A stretch of 64,000 nt of DNA, taken from contig CAVYZQ010000004.1 of the NCBI GenBank assembly GCA_963772995.1, forward strand, positions 15,359 through 79,358, read 5' to 3'. Made by a program: the position numbers and the translations under genes. The DNA comes from an uncultured Chloroflexia bacterium. GTDB taxonomy: Bacteria; Chloroflexota; Limnocylindria; Limnocylindrales; CSP1-4. This document shows, in pieces, positions 58,398 through 64,000 of the stretch (the stretch's first letter is position 1; the number at the start of each line of letters is the position of its first letter). A model generated the notes under the pieces. That model worked only from the letters and a program-made list of their open reading frames with translations, had not been told where the DNA came from and made no database searches.

Positions 58398-61026
58398 ATG
58401 AACCGGACCACCCGCGCAGCGACCATCGGCATCCTGGCCTGCATCGTCGTGACCACGGGCGCACTCGTGGCCACGTCGTCCCCGTCGGCTCCAGCGGTCG
58501 ACGCGGGGACGAACATCGAAACGGTCTCCGCACCGATCGAATCGGCCTCGCCATCGGCGCCGGCCACATCCGTCGCCGCGACACCTGCGCCGCCCTCGCC
58601 GAGCGCGTCGACCGAGACTTCGGCGGACTTCGACGTCTCGGTCGCGCCCCACCTGAAGCCGACCGTCGTCGAGGTCGAGGGCCTCGAGGACGGCGACGCG
58701 CCCCGCCCGGTCGGCAGGATCGCGGAGGCGGACGGCGCGAGCGACCTCGTCCGCGACGAGCTCATCGTCTCCACCCGAACCCAGGCGGAGCTCGAGGGCT
58801 TCCTCGCCCGATGGAACGGCGTGGTGCTCGACTCGTTCCCGACGGCCGACGACGGCATGACCGACCACCTGGTCCGCATCGATCCATCGACCGCCGACGT
58901 CTCGAACGTCGCCGCGGATCTCGCCGCCTTCGAGCCGCACGACGACATCTCCGTGAGCGACGATGCGACGCTTCGTCTGCTCGCGATCATGGCCGCCGAG
59001 ACCGCCCGGCATGGGACGCCGGTCATGCTCAACCAGCTCGAGGAAGCTGACGGCGTGCCCGACGGCAAGGCGCAGGAATCCAGCGATCAGGCGAATCCGT
59101 TTACCTGGTCCTACCTGCGCGGTGGCGGCACCCAGGACTTCGCCGTCGCCCCGGCGTGGCAGTTGCTCGCGGCCAAGGGTCGCCTGACGCGGAGCGTCCG
59201 CATCATGATCAACGACGGCGGGTTCACCTCGACGCCGGATTTCCCCGAGGACGTCACGCTCCGCAAGGCCGACTGGGGCGATGAGAACCCCTCCAAGTGC
59301 ACGGGCGGCAAGCCGTGTCCCTTCCACGGGACGGACGTGACCACGACGCTCGTCGGCCAGCTCGACAACGGGTACGGCTCGGTCGGTCCGGCCGGTCCCG
59401 TGGTCGACAAGCTCATCCTCGTGTCGATCCAGAAGGACACCTGGAAGCGGCTCCGGACCCTCGAGGACATGGTCGCCACGTACCGGCCGGACGTCGTGAA
59501 CATGAGCTACGGGGCAACGGTCACCGCCGCTCGCGCCGCGACGCAGGCGGCCTACGACCGCCGCTACAAGCACATGCGCGACATGGGCGCCCTGCTCGTC
59601 GCCGCGGCCGGCAACGATGGCTTCGACCTCGACCAGGAGAAGTGCGTGGCAGGGTCATGCTTCGAGCGTCGTCTCGTGTTCCCGTGCGAGAGCTCGTACG
59701 TCCTGTGCGTCGGCGGGATCGCGAGGGACACGACCGCGCGCGCCGGCAAGTCGAACTACGGCTGGAAGGACGATCGACGGTCGGTCGAGCTGTGGGGCCC
59801 GATGAGCGTCGTCACCATCAACGACCCGAACCGCACATTCCTCGACTTCACGACCAAGTGGACGGGCGGGACGAGCTTCAGCAGCCCGTTCGTGGCCGGG
59901 GTGGCCGCGCTCGTCAAGGCCGCCGACCCGTCGCTCGGCCCCGAGGAGATCCGGAAGATCCTGAACGAGACGGCCAACTCCGGCGTCCAGGGACAGTGGA
60001 TCACCGGCAGCCAGCGACGGGTCGACGCCCTGGCGGCCGTCGCCCGCGCGCTCCACGTCGATCTGCACGCGCCGAAGGTCGTGATCACCAACCCGACCAA
60101 CGGCAAGGACTATCCGCTCAGCGAGCTGTTGCAGCTCAAGGGCACCGCCATCGACTACCGCGGCGTCGCCCTGCCGATCACGTGGGTCGACAGCCTCGAT
60201 GGCAAGCTCGGCAACAAGGTCGGCACGGTCAGTCTGGGCGCGCTGTCCATCGGAAAGCACGTGCTCACCGCGACCGCGGTCGACGCCATCGGCCAGACAG
60301 GCAAGGCGCAGATCTCGTTCGAGGTGATCCGCCGGCCGGTCCAGGTCATAGTCAGCTCACCCGCGGACGGGACGCAGATCGAGGAAGGGCGATCCGCTCC
60401 TGCTCGCGGCCGGCACGGGTGACCCCGAGAACTACTGGCAGGCACTCGCGGACAGCGCCGTCCGCTGGGAGATCCGGCGGACGAACGGCAACACCGTGAT
60501 CTGGGCGCATGACGGGCACGACAACCTGGTCAATGGTTCCGCGCTCGAGCCCGGCTCGTACAAGGTGACATTCAAGGCGACGTCGCACGGGGCGACCGTG
60601 ACGGCGACCCGCTCGATCGTGGTCAAGGCACTCCCGCCCGGCCATCACAAGCCGGTCGTGACGATCAGCAAGCCGACTGACGGCAAGGTCCTGCACACCG
60701 GTGGCGCGCCCGTGGAGCTCAAGCTGGCGGGGTCGGCGGTCGACGCGGAAGACGGGCCACTGCCGGGGACGCGCTTCCAGTGGGTCGCGACGGCCGGCAA
60801 CAAGACGGTGGTCCTGTGCACGGGCTCGCAGTTCAAGGCGCCGACCGGGAACGGGCCCGCCGTGGCCGCGCCGGTCAAAGACTGCTCGAAGCCGACCGTC
60901 TCGCTCGGGGTCTCGCCGCTCGCGCCGAACGAGCCGACCTGGGAGATCAAGCTCCGGGTGCGCGACTTCGCGAACGACATCGGGACCGGGATCGTCACGG
61001 TGGACGTCATCGTGCAGATCGGCTGA
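58398..61026 (+). CDS. Secreted subtilisin-like S8 serine protease with a long N-terminal region and C-terminal Ig-like repeats, 1 frameshift
   Basis: ATG 58398 gives MNRTTRAATIGILACIVVTTGALVA. The catalytic triad contexts are IMINDGGF (Asp), PFHGTDVTTTLVG (His) and WTGGTSFSSPFVAGVAALV (Ser), all in ORF 57792..60422. The tail is ORF 60496..61026, joined by a shift near 60385. Confidence 0.85.
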
Positions 61027-61047
61027 CTCGGTCTGGTTGCGCGGGTC

Positions 61048-61080
61048 GATGGGCCGGCTGTCGCAGGGCAGCCGGCCATC
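61048..61080. terminator. Bidirectional stem-loop between converging genes
   Basis: GATGGGCCGGCTG-TCGCAGGG-CAGCCGGCCATC forms a 12-bp stem with one bulged G. It lies between the stops at 61026 (+) and 61115 (-). Confidence 0.45.
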
Positions 61081-61114
61081 GACGCTCGTATGGGCGCGGC
61101 CGTCACGTCGCCGC

Positions 61115-61525
61115 TTACAACGCCCCAAGCTCGACGAGGAACTCGGCCGGCGTCCGCACAGGGACGCCCGGTGCGAGCGAGGTCAGGTGGACGTCGCCCG
61201 AGACGATCACCGCCCGCTCGGCGGCGGCAAGGACGATGAGGTAGTCGACGTCAGGGTCCTCGGAGTGCACGGGCGGAGGCCAGGGAGGGTCCGCGGCGAC
61301 CAGTGCGGAACGCCCCAACCAAGCCACGTAGGTATCGGCGTCGATCGACGATACGAGTCGCTGAAGCTTTGGGTAGGCGAACGCGCGTTTTGCTTCGGCC
61401 AGAAGCTGGGCTGACACGACGAGCTCGGACTCGCCGGCCTGCCAGGCAAGCAGCAGCCGCGCGGGCGTTCCGCGTGGCGATAGGAGGGCCGAAATGAGGA
61501 CGTTGGCTTCCAGCACCGCGCGCAC
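61115..61525 (-). CDS. PIN-domain toxin (PIN_3 / TIGR00305-like)
   Basis: Intact ORF of 136 aa: AVLEANVLISALLSPRGTPARLL...DPDVDYLIVLAAAERAVIVSGDVHL. Confidence 0.8.
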   Translation of the reverse strand: MRAVLEANVLISALLSPRGTPARLLLAWQAGESELVVSAQLLAEAKRAFAYPKLQRLVSSIDADTYVAWLGRSALVAADPPWPPPVHSEDPDVDYLIVLAAAERAVIVSGDVHLTSLAPGVPVRTPAEFLVELGAL

Positions 61526-61530
61526 AGGCG

Positions 61531-61770
61531 TCAGGCGCGCGTGCGGTGCTGGGCCTCCAACGCGAGCGCGATCGCCTTATCCTCGGCGACGTCGTTCCTC
61601 GCCCACAGCCGGTCGAGCAGGTCGAGGCCGAGGTCGCGGCGCAGTGCGTCCTCGATCACGTCGCTGTCACCCTTGCCCAAACGAGCTGCGCGCACCTTGA
61701 CGGCACGCAGGACCTCGGCGTCGATCTTGAGCGTCGCGCGGCCGCGCTTCGGGATGTGCCGATCCGCGAC
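61531..61770 (-). CDS. Ribbon-helix-helix (CopG-like) antitoxin; start codon unresolved
   Basis: The 3' part of ORF 61531..62142 reads PKRGRATLKIDAEVLRAVKVRAARLGKGDSDVIEDALRRDLGLDLLDRLW. It ends 5 nt before the PIN start. No ATG, GTG or TTG lies in frame within about 50 codons upstream of the RHH strand. Confidence 0.6.
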   Translation of the reverse strand, partial: VADRHIPKRGRATLKIDAEVLRAVKVRAARLGKGDSDVIEDALRRDLGLDLLDRLWARNDVAEDKAIALALEAQHRTRA

Positions 61771-61799
61771 CGAGCAACCGGGCGCACCGTGCGATTGGT

Positions 61800-62133
61800 G
61801 GAACTCTTCGGGGACGACGACGGCATCTTCAACGAACAGGCGGACACCCTTCTGCAGAACGACCCGGCCATGCTCGACGCCGTCATCGAGTTCGAGGCCA
61901 CGCATGCGGGATACGAGGCCGAGCAGTTGCTCCCTCGTATCGAGTGTCCGGTGCTCCTGCTGCTGGCTGATGTTGGACCCGGCAGTGCCGTTTCCCCTGA
62001 GCACGCCGACCACGTCATCGGATTGCTGCGCGATGGCCGGGTCATCCGCGTGCCGGGGACCACGCACGGCCTGGTCTGGGAGGAGCCGGAGGCCGTCCTT
62101 GGGGCGATCGTGGGCTTCCTGGGCTCGATCTAG
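61800..62133 (+). pseudogene. 3' remnant of an alpha/beta-hydrolase gene
   Basis: The tail of ORF 61546..62133 reads LLPRIECPVLLLLADVGPGSAVSPEHADHVIGLLRDGRVIRVPGTTHGLVWEEPEAVLGAIVGFL. This is the C-terminal catalytic-His region. The N-terminal nucleophile-elbow part is absent. Confidence 0.6.
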
Positions 62134-62358
62134 CAAACCCATCCGCCCGTGACCGCGGGCTCTGGCTCATCGCGGGTAGCCTCGGTCTGGACCAGGACGG
62201 GCGCCGTCGCCTTGATGGACAGAAGCGGGGACGGTGCCATCGGATCCCGGCCGCGGATCCCGTCACTGAGCTTCTCGGCGAGCATCATCAGTGGCCGCGT
62301 TGAGGTTGGCGGGTGTCGACCCGCGGCCGGCTGCCGCGAGGCAGCCGACCCGACTCGA

Positions 62359-62856
62359 CTACGGTGCCGGCACCACCGTGTAGAAGCTGACGACCGCGAC
62401 CGAGAGCTGGATGCACAGGGCGATCGCATAGACCGCCAGCGAGCCGAACACCAGGCCATTTGCCCAGAAGAGCAGCGTCGCGGTCGGTCCGAGCGCGAAC
62501 AACAGGACGGCTGATCGCGACTGGTTCATCCCCGCTCGAAGGAACTGGCGTCCGCGCACGACGACAACCACGGTCGCGTAGACAGCGACCACAAGGCTCG
62601 CCACGACGATCGCGGCTCGGACATCCTCGAGCCACGCGTACGCGATCAACGGCGCGAGCGCCTCGAACGTGACGTTGAAGCTCGTCGACACGATCGCTCG
62701 CTGGCGGATGCGCATCGACGGGTGCCACGAGCCACCAGGCGGCACGAGCGTGGAGGTCACGCCCGTGAATCCCGCCACCACGACCGCGATCGCGGCGATT
62801 CCCAGCAGCAGCGCCTCGCCCGGCATGTCGCGCATCGTACGAACGGGATTCCACAT
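62359..62856 (-). CDS. Integral membrane protein, function unknown
   Basis: From ATG 62856 in ORF 62359..62958. There are about five hydrophobic segments (ALLLGIAAIAVVVAGF, IVVASLVVAVYATVVVVV, AVLLFALGPTATLLFWANGLVFGSLAVYAIAL). Confidence 0.5.
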   Translation of the reverse strand: MWNPVRTMRDMPGEALLLGIAAIAVVVAGFTGVTSTLVPPGGSWHPSMRIRQRAIVSTSFNVTFEALAPLIAYAWLEDVRAAIVVASLVVAVYATVVVVVRGRQFLRAGMNQSRSAVLLFALGPTATLLFWANGLVFGSLAVYAIALCIQLSVAVVSFYTVVPAP

Positions 62857-62929
62857 CTCCGTGACGTCGCCGGCGGCACGATGCCGCGGCGCGCGGTCGC
62901 GACATCGTGGATGGTCGAGGCCGGCTCGT

Positions 62930-64000
62930 TCAGCGCTCGCGTGAGGGCCTGGAGGCATCGAGGTGGGCTACGACGGCCCGGTCGACGTTGCCGTGGACGC
63001 TCGTGGCGCCGATCTCGTCGATGAACCCTTCGGCATCGAGCACCGCGAGCACGGACGGTTTGACCCGGGCGAGGCGCAGCGCGACGCCGTTCGCATCCGT
63101 GAACCCCTTGATCTCGGACAGCTTGCGGCGCCCTGGGCATCGATGAAATTGACCCCCTCGAGGTCGAGCACGAGGGTCGCGAGGCCTGGGGAGGCGTCGG
63201 AGATCGCCCGGACACGATCGTCGAGCGCTTCGGCAGTCGCAAAGAACAGGCCACCGTCGATGCGCAGGATGGCCACGTCGTGCGACATCTCGTCGTCCGG
63301 GTGCTGATCGAGGTCGCGGAAGACGGCCGTCCCCGCCTCGCGGCCGAGGAGCGGCATCGGACGGACTCGTCGCGACGTACACGAGCCATCCGAGAGACAA
63401 CACGATCCCGATCACGACGCCGAGGAGCACGCCCGCCGAGAGGACGCCGAGAACCGCGGCCATGGCGATCCAGAAGTCGAATCGCTTGACGCGACGCAGG
63501 CGGCGGAACTCGGACAGGTCGATCATCCCGAACACGACGGCGTCGATGATGACTGCGGCGAGCACTGCCTTGGGCAGCTCCGAGAAGATCGGAGCCAGCA
63601 CGATGAGCGTGCCGATGACGAGCCCACCGGTGACCAGCGACGCGACCGGAGTCCGGGCACCCGATGACTCGTTGAGCGAGCTTGCCGAGAGGCTGGTCGA
63701 GACGGGCATGCCCTGAAACACGCCGGCCCCGAGGTTGGCCATGCCCTGGGCGATCAATTCCTGGTTCACGTCGATGCGATAGCGGTGTCGGGTCGGCGAA
63801 TGCCCGGGCGTCGCCGGCAGTCTGGGAGAAGCCGATGAGCAGCAGAGCGACGGCCGAGATGAGGATCTCGGGAAAGTACTGCAGCACAAGGTCGGGCGCC
63901 GGGATCGATGGGAGCGGCAATCCGCGCGGGACCTCGCCGACGAGCGCGACGCCGTGCGCGCCAAGGTCGAGCGCGACCGAGGCGACGAGGCCGCCGATGA
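62930..64000 (-). CDS. SulP-family anion transporter with C-terminal STAS domain (partial, runs off the right edge; at least 3 frameshifts)
   Basis: IDVNQELIAQGMANLGAGVFQGMPVSTSLSASSLNESSGARTP...IIDAVVFGMID is in ORF 62930..63964. The STAS segment ILRIDGGLFFATAEAL...LVLDLEGVNFIDAQG is in ORF 62968..63357. The tail ALRLARVKPSVLAVLDAEGF is also present. Confidence 0.8.
   Translation of the reverse strand, partial: SSAASSPRSRSTLARTASRSSARSRADCRSHRSRRPTLCCSTFPRSSSRPSLCCSSASPRLPATPGHSPTRHRYRIDVNQELIAQGMANLGAGVFQGMPVSTSLSASSLNESSGARTPVASLVTGGLVIGTLIVLAPIFSELPKAVLAAVIIDAVVFGMIDLSEFRRLRRVKRFDFWIAMAAVLGVLSAGVLLGVVIGIVLSLGWLVYVATSPSDAAPRPRGGDGRLPRPRSAPGRRDVARRGHPAHRRWPVLCDCRSARRSCPGDLRRLPRPRDPRARPRGGQFHRCPGRRKLSEIKGFTDANGVALRLARVKPSVLAVLDAEGFIDEIGATSVHGNVDRAVVAHLDASRPSRER

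Overview
This is a very GC-rich bacterial chromosomal window; codon third positions are almost uniformly G/C by eye (not computed). The repertoire of lipobox lipoproteins, ECF sigma and DUF11 arrays fits an actinobacterium- or Chloroflexi-like organism, but the lineage cannot be resolved from sequence alone. I found no rRNA, no CRISPR array and no intact tRNA.

Layout:
1. 0-6.8 kb: lipoproteins, a PMT/ArnT-like membrane glycosyltransferase and a decayed ppa.
2. 6.8-25.5 kb: a sugar / amino-sugar / peptide catabolic supercluster. It is built from five tightly or translationally coupled units under a HutC-type and a FadR-type GntR regulator.
3. 25.5-31.9 kb: a rearrangement zone. It holds a DUF11 gene fragment, the 5' half of a tRNA-Gly(CCC) with its promoter, a BNR/Asp-box protein, an IS481-like element with 22/23-bp inverted repeats beside an IS1182-type transposase remnant, and an uncharacterised gene of about 525 aa.
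4. 32.0-41.9 kb: one gene of about 9.9 kb for a giant surface protein with about 22 DUF11-type domains. Most of them lie in a 771-bp two-domain tandem unit at near identity.
5. 42.5-64 kb: envelope and stress genes. These include an FtsH-like M41 peptidase with no AAA+ module, an ECF sigma and anti-sigma encoded as one polypeptide divergent from an S8 protease, a PIN/RHH toxin-antitoxin pair sitting in a hydrolase remnant, and a partial SulP transporter.

Roughly half of the genes can only be read by changing frame 1-6 times. All disruptions I traced are indels, often at short homopolymers, and they are unevenly distributed. Coordinates are therefore gene spans rather than clean ORFs. Whether this is consensus error or genuine decay is unresolved.
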